A stretch of 64,000 nucleotides of DNA from Amoebophrya sp. A120 (lineage: Eukaryota; Protista; Dinoflagellata). The stretch lies in contig CAJINV010000024.1 in NCBI GenBank assembly GCA_905178155.1, forward strand, positions 352,715 through 416,714, read 5' to 3'. The notes beneath the pieces were generated by a model. The model saw only the letters and a program-made list of their open reading frames with translations. It had not been told where the DNA came from and did no database searches. The translations under genes were made by a program, and so were the position numbers. This document shows positions 51,501 to 62,100 of this stretch, one piece after another; positions within the stretch are counted from its first letter, which is position 1, and each line of letters begins with the position of its first letter.

Positions 51501-53461
51501 AACATTACATTCATTTCTGGTTGTGCTAGACGGATATTTTTTCTACAAATCACATAGCGAAGAAGATAAGGAGGTATTTTTTGTTTCCCAGGTGGAGACG
51601 ATGACAGAAGAACAGCGTGCGGCGTTCAAGGACAAACGACCTATCAAAATGCGAGAGGCTTCCCACACCATTTCTCATCTCAAAGTCAATCCGCATCACC
51701 TGTTCTGCATTGAAAATTGCACCCACCGATACGAAGAGAAATTTGCCCACGTGAAGATCAATCCACGTATCATTTTGTGATGCTTCCCCGCAGAAGATGC
51801 TGCTTCGTTTCATGTCATGTTCGATTATGGTGCAGAGGGTTCTTGCAGCAGGATAAATTCGGATCCAAATTTCCTCAATCCCAACGAGATCGGCGAGAAC
51901 GGCCGAGAACGTAGTCCGAGGCGCAATGCAGGTAAATTCTGTTGCGTTCGCTGCAGACCAGAAACCGAACATTGCTTTTAAATTTCGTGAGCTGATGGAT
52001 TTATTTTCACGTTGCGACTTGTGATTGTGCCACAAATCTGGCGTTCTTCGTGCATGAAGACAGTATACGAAAAGTTGACAAATGATCCAAAATCTGCATA
52101 CCACAGGCTTAAACAACAACCAGTTGAACCTGCTCGCTGATGTCGATGATATCGACGATGTCGACGCTCTGGCGCAAAATGTCGACGCCGACACAACCGT
52201 CCTGATCACCGTGAACGGCAACAGGAAGATATCCAATACAAAAATGCGTGGCGGTGCAATTTTTTGGATAAGATTCACTTGCTTGCGGCATGACAAACCG
52301 GCTCGAGAAGGGAATTCAACTACTATGCCCACCATTGCTAAGTTGTCTTTTCTGTTTCTTTGGCAGGGCAGGAGATGAAATGGTCTTGCGTGACAGGCTC
52401 TGTCGCCACAAATTTGCACTGAGCATTTTTTTTTTTTGGATAGCGTACGATCCAGGATGTGCTCAACGACTACGAACCGAAACACGGCTTTCCCGGCAAC
52501 GGCAAAAGAGCACGGTATCAAGTGCAAAAATGTCTGGGTCTGGAAGGTTGCAACTTGTGATGCTGTCTTTGGAAGGTAAAAACAATCTGTATTGCATGAC
52601 CAGCCAGGCGAGTTCAGTTTGTGCTACACGGAGTGGGCGTTTCTCATGCGGAATACGCATCAGAAGGCCCGTTAAAAATCTATGATGCTAGGTCATGCAT
52701 TACAGCCATCATGGGTTATGCAAGATATGCATGACAGACTTGGCAATCGTCCAGACCCAGACATTTTTGCACTTGATACACGGACGGCGGAGACCAAAGA
52801 GCACTGGGACGTGATACGGCTGCGTGTCGTGCCGACGCCGGATGGCGCAGGAGCCGCCGATCCGACGGGTAACATCGAGCGCAACCGTATCCTATGTAAA
52901 AACGCCCCCACCCCAAGGTCAAGATGGAAAATCTGCTAGTCTTTCACGCTTCGGCCCAGGGCATCACTGTATTTAGCTATTATGGCCGCATCTAAAATTG
53001 ATATTGAACATCAGACTCCATCAAAGCATGACAAATTCCAATGCGCCTTCTTTGGAAAGTGTCGCTTATCTTCAGGAAACTGCGCATGAGACACATCTTC
53101 AGGGTGAATATGGAAAATTGCATGATAAACTTGTCGTGGTAGGAACATTTTTACTGAGGATTGACCGAAAGAACTGGACGAAGCACTGGTTGCCAAACAA
53201 CCCGCTGTTAGTTTACGGGACTCTCAAGCGTTACACCAGTGACTGTATACATGAATGATATTGTAATTGTGCAAGACTACCTCTACCAAAATAATCTGAT
53301 GATGAGTGAAAGGGCTAGGCTTGCGAGTTGCTGTTGCAGGCTTGGCAGTGATTCTATTGCTACCTAGCGCATCCTCGAGCGCACATCGCACGATGTACAT
53401 TGAGTGGTCGGGTGGTTTCACGGTCGCATTGATTCTGTCTGCATCGCAAAAAACTATGTAG
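45560..53461 (+). CDS. Divergent Ser/Thr protein kinase with long C-terminal extension; at least 12 introner introns plus several GT-AG introns
   Basis: Spliced motifs in order: DGAFGKV, LAVKVI, MREAAINL, IMPQAMMS, HRDIK|PSNMLL, RICDWGSAK, SDLFSFGLMFREM, LTK|WDPAV|RHS. 3' end and a few internal junctions unresolved. Confidence 0.88.
45906..46233. mobile_element. Introner
   Basis: TIR tatccattgagtgtgtgtccgggtc / gacccagacacatatgcaatgcata; direct repeat gaacg/ggccg. Confidence 0.85.
46353..46631. mobile_element. Introner
   Basis: TIR tatgcagtgcaaa / tttgcaatgcata; direct repeat decayed. Confidence 0.8.
46688..46931. mobile_element. Introner (stop-free, in frame)
   Basis: TIR tatcccgaggaaaaatgt..catccc / gggatggttacgtttttcctcaggatg; removal restores kinase spacing between hinge and helix E. 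Confidence 0.8.
47203..47507. mobile_element. Introner splitting the kinase catalytic loop
   Basis: TIR tatcatagtcaaaactgcc / ggcagttttgaatgtgata; lies between the HRDIK and PSN codons. Confidence 0.9.
48551..48850. mobile_element. Introner
   Basis: TIR tatcctatgtcaaaacgtccccatccc / ggggtggggacatttttgctgaggata; direct repeat gcaga/gaaga. Confidence 0.9.
48891..49176. mobile_element. Introner
   Basis: TIR tatcatctgcaagtatgtctgg / ccagacgtttgcatttgata; direct repeat ggccg/cgcgg. Confidence 0.85.
49999..50356. mobile_element. Introner
   Basis: TIR tatcctgcgtaaaaagcgtcc / ggacgtttttaggcaggata. Confidence 0.9.
50376..50592. mobile_element. Introner (same family as 3607)
   Basis: TIR tatgcaaagaaaaaagtgttaca / tgtaacacttttttcgttggata; direct repeat ccgtg/tcgta. 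Confidence 0.9.
50944..51265. mobile_element. Introner (degenerate TIR)
   Basis: tatcccaatgaaag / tttttcagtttgata; direct repeat gaggc/gacac; frame restored. Confidence 0.7.
52230..52442. mobile_element. Introner
   Basis: TIR tatccaatacaaaaatgc...gtgcaattt / aaatttgcactgagcatttttttttttggata. Confidence 0.8.
52516..52778. mobile_element. Introner, inverted relative to 15108-15387
   Basis: Perfect TIR tatcaagtgcaaaaatgtctgggtctgga; perfect direct repeat cacgg. Confidence 0.97.
52888..53162. mobile_element. Introner
   Basis: TIR tatcctatgtaaaaacg / catttttactgaggatt; direct repeat aaccg/gaccg. Confidence 0.85.
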
Positions 53462-54237
53462 CAGCGACCAATGTAACGGTTGAGAATGCCATATGTTGAA
53501 CAAGTTCGGCGGAGCGCAGCGAAAACTGCAGCATGCAAGGAACAGCAAAGTGCTATACCCCCGGGCGCGCCCGAATGAGGATGTCGTGATGATGGAAGAA
53601 TAGGCTCGGTTATGACTACTTGTGACAAGAAGAAGATGACTTTATTCGCTGGTGGACAAAATATTTGAAATAAAGGAAAGTATGTAGTTTACTATGAAAA
53701 GGCAAAGGTTGGCTTCGGTTTTTGTATGCAAAGGCTTCGTTCCCGAAGCCCCTGGAACGAAGCACAAACTCATCAGCTTCAAAATTTTTTGTGGTGTTTC
53801 TGTTTACTGTTAAGTAAAATAATTCGTTGTCGCCCCTTCTTTCTATTGTACGCACCTACCATTATTTGTCTTGCTGACATAGGATATCTTGTTTTCGATT
53901 TATATGCGATATTTATGTACATTTGCACGAGATCTAAGAAAAAATGGATTTATCTACGCTTAGTACGTCACGAACTAGGTCTTTCCTACGCAAATTGTAC
54001 TGTATGGGAACCGTTCACAAGATGACTCATCCGTTAGAGAAATGGAAACGGACGAGTAATGCGTTAGACTATTCAGCAGCAACAGTAAACCGGAGAAACA
54101 GCAAGGCGGGCGCTCTTCTAGGTTTGTGAAAGGTGTAGCGCCGCAAAGTATACATCAAGCAGCAAACCGAGTTGTCGGGCTTTTGACTTCACAGGGGCCT
54201 ACTGGATATTCAGGTGGGTCATTGGCCGTTTCAACAT

Positions 54238-55581
54238 GGTCGATGCCCGGTCGGGTCGGGTCCATGGCCGGTCGGGTCGGGTCTCTGGCCGGTCGGGTCG
54301 GGTCCATGGCCGGTCGGGTCGGGTCCATGGCCGGTCGGGTCGGGTCCATGGCCGGTCGGGTCGGGTCCATGGCCGGTCGGGTCGGGTCCATGGCCGGTCG
54401 GGTCGGGTCCATGGCCGGTCGGGTCGGGTCCATGGCCGGTCGGGTCGGGTCCATGGCCGGTCGGGTCGGGTCCATGGCCGGTCGGGTCGGGTCCATGGCC
54501 GGTCGGGTCGGGTCCATGGCCGGTCGGGTCGGGTCCATGGCCGGTCGGGTCGGGTCCATGGCCGGTCGGGTCGGGTCCATGGCCGGTCGGGTCGGGTCCA
54601 TGGCCGGTCGGGTCGGGTCCATGGCCGGTCGGGTCGGGTCCATGGCCGGTCGGGTCGGGTCCATGGCCGGTCGGGTCGGGTCCATGGCCGGTCGGGTCGG
54701 GTCCATGGCCGGTCGGGTCGGGTCCATGGCCGGTCGGGTCGGGTCCATGGCCGGTCGGGTCGGGTCCATGGCCGGTCGGGTCGGGTCCATGGCCGGTCGG
54801 GTCGGGTCCATGGCCGGTCGGGTCGGGTCCATGGCCGGTCGGGTCGGGTCCATGGCCGGTCGGGTCGGGTCCATGGCCGGTCGGGTCGGGTCCATGGCCG
54901 GTCGGGTCGGGTCCATGGCCGGTCGGGTCGGGTCCATGGCCGGTCGGGTCGGGTCCATGGCCGGTCGGGTCGGGTCCATGGCCGGTCGGGTCGGGTCCAT
55001 GGCCGGTCGGGTCGGGTCCATGGCCGGTCGGGTCGGGTCCATGGCCGGTCGGGTCGGGTCCATGGCCGGTCGGGTCGGGTCCATGGCCGGTCGGGTCGGG
55101 TCCATGGCCGGTCGGGTCGGGTCCATGGCCGGTCGGGTCGGGTCCATGGCCGGTCGGGTCGGGTCCATGGCCGGTCGGGTCGGGTCCATGGCCGGTCGGG
55201 TCGGGTCCATGGCCGGTCGGGTCGGGTCCCTGGCCGGTCGGGTCGGGTCCATGGCCGGTCGGGTCGGGTCTCTGGCCGGTCGGGTCGGGTCCATGGCCGG
55301 TCGGGTCGGGTCTCTGGCCGGTCGAGTCGGGTCTCTGGCCGGTCGGGCCGGGTCCCTCCCTGGCCGGTCGGGTCGGGTCCCTGGCCGGTCGGGTCGGGCC
55401 GATGGCCGGTCGGGTCGGGTCCACGCATGGCCGGTCGGGTTGGGTCCATGGCCGGTCGGGTCGGGTCTCTGGCCGGTCGGGTCGGGTCCATGGCCGGTCG
55501 GGTCGGGTCTCTGGCCGGTCGGGTCGGGTCTCTGGCCGGTCGGGTCGGGTCGATGGCCGGTCGGGTCGGGTCGATGCCCGG
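54238..55581. repeat. 21-bp G-rich minisatellite GGTCGGGTCGGGTCCATGGCC, ~63 copies
   Basis: Seen directly; homogeneous centre, variant units at the edges. Confidence 0.98.
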
Positions 55582-57175
55582 GCCGCATACGCCTGTAGTT
55601 TATTTTTTCTTTCGCCCGCGACCGCGATCCGACTACTATTGTCACGTCTGATTGTAGGCGAAGCAAGTTCCTCTTGGTGCCGCAAGCTGAACATCTATCA
55701 TAGATTTTTCGCGGAATTGTATCAAGAAACCAAGTAGCAGTTTCTTGGTAGAGGCACTACGAGCAGCCTGCTACAAGCGAAAGAAGATATCTGCGTGGCC
55801 TCGGTTTCTATGTGCTACGTGAACCTGTCTTGCTGGACCAGAAACCAAAAGCAGCCTTCTAAGACGCGGCAATTAGTCACGCGCTTCTTTCAATACATAA
55901 TTGCGTTAGTTTAATTATATATCTCTAGAGCGTTTTTTCTTATTGGCGAGCCGTATTCGTGGCAGAAGATGAAGAGCAGTTTCGTATTTTCTTTTCGTTT
56001 ATTTTGCGAGTCTGTATTGTGTACAGCTGCAGCAAGGAGGACGAAATAAAGTAAGTAGCAAGGCGAAATCTGCACAGTTCGTCCCGGAAAAATAGACAAA
56101 TCAAAAGCAAGCAGAAAGAGCCAAACTCTTTGTACACAACACTTTGAAATACTAAAATGCGATCCCGATCGCGATCTCGATGTATCACCTCCGCCGTTGA
56201 AGCCGGCGCATGTGATGCTACATCACAGCCTAGACGAGGCACGACCGGTGTTCTAGCGCTTATCGACTGCTGCCTTCTTTGTTACCCGGCTGTGAGGATC
56301 GATATTAACGACAATGTTTTTCAAAGTGTGCCACTGTCTTCTGTCCAGCAGAAATAAAGATCAAGAAGCTGTGACTCCTGAGGTGGGCCAAAGACTGAAT
56401 ATCAGCCACCTAATATTTTCTATGTTGTCTGGCGCTGGCGGACTCGTCAGAGATGTGCAGCTTCCTGCTGCAAGTATGATTCAACGAAACGCGCCGGACT
56501 AATGCATGCGCACAAACGGTCGCAGTATTGCTAGTGTCCCATCCACACTTGCAGTACTTAACTTTCCCTTGCAGCAGCAGGCGTCTTGTTGCTCTCGCTA
56601 GAGAGGTAACCATGACATGCAAAGATATATTTTCATGTTCGCTTTTAGAATCACATCCGATATGATGTCGCGCAAATTGATATAGTAGTGCCTACTTCTT
56701 GGCGTGTTCATGGTCCGTCGCAAACTCGGAGAGAAGTTTTGTCTCGCTCGATCGAAAACGAGAAAAAGCAATCCACGAGACGCACTTTTTCGACGTGGTC
56801 GCCCGCGCATTCGGATCAGTTTTTTTCTTCGCTTCGTTTTTTCGTTTTCTTCCGGTCTTCCCCTATCGAAATCGAAAGCATTTGAAGTGGAAGCCGCAGT
56901 GCTCAAAGGCGCATTGATTTCATGATGATGACCATGAAAAACCTGCAACCCACATGACAGGGATGGTGATTTTTTTATTGCGGCACAATAGGGCCAACGA
57001 CTCTTATTCGAAGCACCCGGGTAAGAAATAAATAGAAATTACATAGTAAGTTGTAGCAATAATACCTAGAAGTTGCCTGCTCTTCCGTGGCATCAACTAG
57101 TAGCGGCACAACCACACAACTCTTAGTACTGTGCCATCCTTCAGTAGAATCCTGTGCAGGGGTGCTTCGGTGCGG

Positions 57176-58030
57176 TTAGGGCGGAAAAGTCGGCAAATGC
57201 CATCACTTTTGCAAGCGCACGTTTTGGGAGGGTAAAAAAACTTTTTTTGTTGGGGGCGCAACATCTTGGAAGTCGACACGCCTCGCGTGTCACTTGATCT
57301 TTTCCGCAGGAAACATGATGGCTGAGCTTTGGAAATGCCGCAACACCAAGACCAGAAGCAGGCCACAGCGCCCTCGCCCTGTGCGCTGTCATTCAGATGG
57401 CCGGACGTTGTGTCGTGGGCCCGCTCTCCGATCAGGGGCCGGGCCGCCTCCGTGACCGGGGCTCGACGAGGCCCATCGCCTGGAAAAGAAGGCCCGGCAG
57501 GGGGGGTGGTCAGGGGGGTGCATTTTTGCCCCCTTCGGACACCCCTTCCGGGTACCCCTTCCGGGTAGCTTTTCGGTAGCCTACGCCGACCCCCAAATCC
57601 CCATTGGAAACTGCTGATTTGGAATGGCCCAAAATGGTAGCCCAACGGCAGCCCAAGCGGACCCCCTTACCCCCCCCCTTCGACACCCCCCCGGACGCAC
57701 CCGACTGGCGGCGCGTCCGCATTTTCAACATCCGGCCGCAGAGGGAAGATGAGAAAATGTCTGGGCGCGTACGGAATTGGATGTGGGAGAGGGGGCGCGG
57801 CTTCTCGCGCCGGAGGGCCGCAGGCCTGTGCAACTTCAGCAAAGTGCTGCGGTTCTATTGGAAAAAGGGGAGGGCCGGATGGCGGACCGTGACAACGAAC
57901 AGTGGCGCCAGCGGCTACATGGCCAACAGGAAAAAGAGCAGTGTCGATACCCCCAACAGCCACAATTTTTTTGCCCCCCCAAAATGCGCGCTCGCGAAAA
58001 TGATGGCATTTGCCGATTTTTCCGCCCTAA
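57176..58030. mobile_element. 855-bp non-autonomous DNA transposon with ~90-bp TIRs and 5-bp TSD
   Basis: ttagggcggaaaagtcggcaaatgccatca... versus ...tgatggcatttgccgatttttccgccctaa; tgcgg on both sides (57171-57175 and 58031-58035). Confidence 0.92.
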
Positions 58031-59194
58031 TGCGGATTGTAACTTGGATAACAGCCGGTGCGTTGTGGTGTAGCAGGATTGCAATCCAGTATATCTTCAT
58101 CAAACTTATTACAACGGATACCCGTGTAACTTTCCACAACTACTTCTGGTCAGGTCGATATCTTTTTCTAGATTGCCGGTTCTATCTATGTGGGTGATCT
58201 GGTGTCGCATCCCGGCACCGGGTTTGTAGATACAAATTCGAATGCAGCGCCGCCTGCTTTATTTGGTTTTCGCAGAGGAAATCGATGTTGTGCAAAGTTG
58301 AAGAAAATCGGCCCCATATATTTCGCTCTTCATCGTCTTGGCGTGGTGGGTCGTAAGCAAGTAGCTCAGGTTCGTGACTAGACAACTTCGAGCGTCGAGT
58401 TTTTCTGCGACAAAACTTCGAGGGAACGCGACCCGATTATAAGAATCGACATCGGTTCGAACGTGGGAATCGTGAAAAGCAAAAAGATAAATCACAAACG
58501 TAGTCGCAAAACTACAAAATCAAAAATAACCAGTGCCGCTTGATACAAAATAACCGCGTGGGGCAGCCGCAAGCAGCCTGTCGACCTCACCCAGAATTTC
58601 ACATGAACTCCAGGTGCTTGATGACTACTAGCACAGACAGAACTACGGAGGTTTTTTGACAAACATTATTGCGATCGCCAGGGTCTGCTCGTCTCGGCGG
58701 ACTGAGAAGAAAACATCACGTCGTGTTGATGATTCTATCCAGCAGCCGGAGACACTAGTATGTGTTGTTGCGAAAGAGTCGACAAAGAAAGGCAAACATA
58801 TATAGAATTTCATACCCAAATGGCAACATTGAAACTGCAGCCCTTCTTGTCTGACTTGTGAGCCACCAGCGGCCGTCTACCGCACCTCAGTTGGCATCCA
58901 GACCAGAATGATGAACAACAAGGGGAAGTGCAAAAATAGGAAGAGGGCCCAGAGACAAAGCATAATATCATGTGCGACAACTTGGTCTTCTGTTTCTCTT
59001 AAACACGACAAGTGCCGCAGGTGTCTAGTATTGTATATTGAACTGCTGAGAATTGTACATAGAACTGCTAGTGCCGGACCTGCAATACGTCACTAGAAGG
59101 ACAATTTTGACATCTTATTTTTGACGCGACGCTTGAACTTGTTATGCTGGGGGCGAAAATGTCAGAGTGACATGAAAGCAAAAATTCGATTAGT

Positions 59195-62100
59195 GTGGTA
59201 AGAACTTCGAAGCTAACAAGTTGTCAAACGGGATACAGTACTCTCCTCCAGGAAGCGCAGTTCGACAAGTTCATTCTGCCACTGGTCCAAAACCAAGCAG
59301 CCTCATCCGGCGGACATCCTGCCACGCCTCTGTTCAGCAACTGGACGGAGTTTTTGCACCTTCTCAACACGTCGGAAGCGGACCGCCGCAAGAAAGAGCA
59401 GGAGACCCTCCCGCAGACGGAAGGACAAGCGGCGCGTGCACGTGCAGAACAATCGCGGACCACGACGTTGCTGCCTCAGGAATCTGAACCTGACAAAAAT
59501 ATCAAACCCGACAAGAATCGCGAACCTGATTCTGAATCTGAAGACGCAATAAACGCCGAACCCGAGTCCGACGGCGTCGATGGAGATCCCTTCTTGAAGG
59601 AGAACCTCTTCAAGGAGAACAAACATGGGCTGTGGACCGCAATGCCGGAATGGGCTGCGAACGACCCGCACGTGCAGCGCATCCTGGAAGCGGTGAGGGG
59701 CCCCGAGGAGCACCTGTCGTTCCCGTGCAAACGCGCCTTCGTAGCGGGGGTCAACGTCACGGGAGACGATTTGGAAGCGGTGCATGCATACCAACTGCAA
59801 GTATAATGTCTGGGTCTGTCGTGTCGGAGAATGAATGCAGCTCGCGGACCCTCGGGTTGGCAATGCTGTACTGGTTTTTGCAATAAATGTATGGGACTAT
59901 TAAAAAATTTTCTCTCTATTATATCGAGCGGTGGATTCAGTTCATTTTTTGAACGGTATGCTGATCCGATGTGGAAGCAGGGTTTTCTGCTGTGCTGTAA
60001 CTACACCACCTCTTTGAGGGCGCTTATCCACAATAATGCTGTGCTGTTACACCTTGGCTTTTTATAGTTTGAGTTGCGTACCAACACCGTGTGAAGTTGG
60101 TACTCTTCTCGACCCAGACATCTTTCCAATTGATAATCAAAGACGGAAACAGATAATTGTAGTTATCCACTGTGAAAACAGCTCCATCCCTCAATCTTCA
60201 CGTGAGGTGTCAGAACATAACATGGCTTTATTGGGACAAAGAGCCATGATATGTTTTCGTTTATTATAAAGAAACACGAAATCGGTTATAGTTATACTAT
60301 TTGAAGTTTTGCATGGATGGCAACCTTCCGTGATATTTAGGGCGAGGGCTGATTTTGTGGAGCATATGGGCCTTGTCCGCTGGACTGGATTTCCCGCAGA
60401 AGAACGCGAAGGAAAACGCACCAAGCGTGGTGTCCTTGGGCAACAATTTGGCCCTCAACCAGCAGACCGCGCAGGCGAAGAGAAGTACTGCAGTTTCGGC
60501 AGATCATCCCAGCGGTCGTGCATCGTCTCCCGACAGCACCGAAGCAAAAGATACTTCATCTGCGCCGGCCGAGGCCGTCGAAGAACGCACTGCTGGGGAA
60601 CAAGAAAGCGACCACCGGTACTATGCGGATTCTAGCGTGAAGCAGCATCTGCTCAGCACCGTCGTTGACGACGTGGTGCGAGCGAACCCCCGGCGCATTA
60701 CGAAAGAGTATGCAGTGATCCAGCAGGAGGGCGAGGCAGCTTCGGATGGAGTTCTCTCCGTGGATTTCGCGCACGCCGCATACTTAACCGACCGCCAGTA
60801 CCTGGCGCTGGCCCTCCAGAGAGCGGAGGACGTGCAGGTCTTTCTCGCCCGCGTTGAGACCTACGCCGCACTGTTTCAGCAGGTGCTGCACGACAAAATT
60901 CATCACTTCCAGCGTCTAGCGTCGTACTGCGAGTCGCAGGTGAGGAGCATCGGCAGGTGCACCGGAAGGAGCAGCATATGGGCCGCCTGGAGTAACAAGT
61001 CGAATATACGATGGATTCCAAATCCTCACTCCAAGAAATCCGAAAAGGAACAATATGGCGGTAAATCTTGCGTGTTGCTTCTTTTACATCGGGACGTGTG
61101 CCATCCGTAGTTGTTTTTTATCATCATTTTTTGTGGTGCTCGGCTTACATATTCTGCGTGTCGAAAAAGAAAAACCAATCTTCAGCATATTTCCTTGGTA
61201 GCTTCGCTGGAGCGGGCGTCGACCATGTCCTGCGACGTCTCGCGAAGAGCGGGTTTTTTCCCGAACTGGCGTTCAGCGTGACGAATATGGGCGGGCACGC
61301 AGTCGCCGAGGGGAAAGCGGAATGTGTCCGGTCTGGGCCCCTCGAAGAACGGCGGAGTTCGCAGTTCAAGAAGAACCTTCCCTCGCGCATCCTGTGGAGA
61401 GCACGACAGGGCGAAGAAACCAAACGCTGGTCCCTGTCGCTGTCCGTAGAGGACACGCTCCACTGCGCGCTCAGCCAGAAGGCAGCGGCCGAGCTCCGAG
61501 AGTTCCAGGTGCAGTCCGGAAAGATATCAAATGCAAAAATGTTTGGGTCTGGAAGATTGCGAGACTTGTCGTGCTTGTCTGGGATGACCAAAAAGTTTGT
61601 GATGCGTGTCCAAGAAGAGACCCTTGTCTCTGTCATGCAAAAACGCAGTTTGTGATGCGAAAAACGCAACACAGCGAAGCGCATGCTTGGCTGGGCATTA
61701 CAGAGCATTCACTATTCCCAACGCAGCATTACAAGTCTCCAGAACCAGACATTTTTGCATCTGATAAAAGAAGATTCTGCACCACTGCGGCCTCAGCAAG
61801 GAGCTGATTGAGGGCAAGTGGTTTCGCTTTGCTGACCATTTCACTAATCCCCTGTCACTTCCAGCTTCTGACCAAGGAACTTGGGCTCCACCCGCGGGCG
61901 CCCGGATCTCGTCCAGGGATCTGATCATGGAGGATGAAACGTTGAAACCGCCAGCGGCGTTCGCCGAGCCGGTCCTGTGGACGGCGCAGAACGGAGACAC
62001 CCAGGAACAATGGCACAACGCTTTCAACTTTGCCGGTACCATGTCACCCCTGCACGTCTTCCGAAGAACGCACCGCATTGCTCGCGTCGCGAGCCGGTTC

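Noticed and set aside
51768-51855. Additional 88-bp introner
   Set aside because: Element + 5 restores the frame (INPP|DPNFL) but the inverted repeat is too weak to list as a feature.
54126-55737. Six overlapping 430-507-aa repeat ORFs
   Set aside because: Artefact of a stop-free 21-bp unit that is open in all six frames.
57097-58197. Transposase ORF inside the 855-bp element
   Set aside because: The ORFs are short and low complexity, cross the element boundaries and show no DDE-like motifs.
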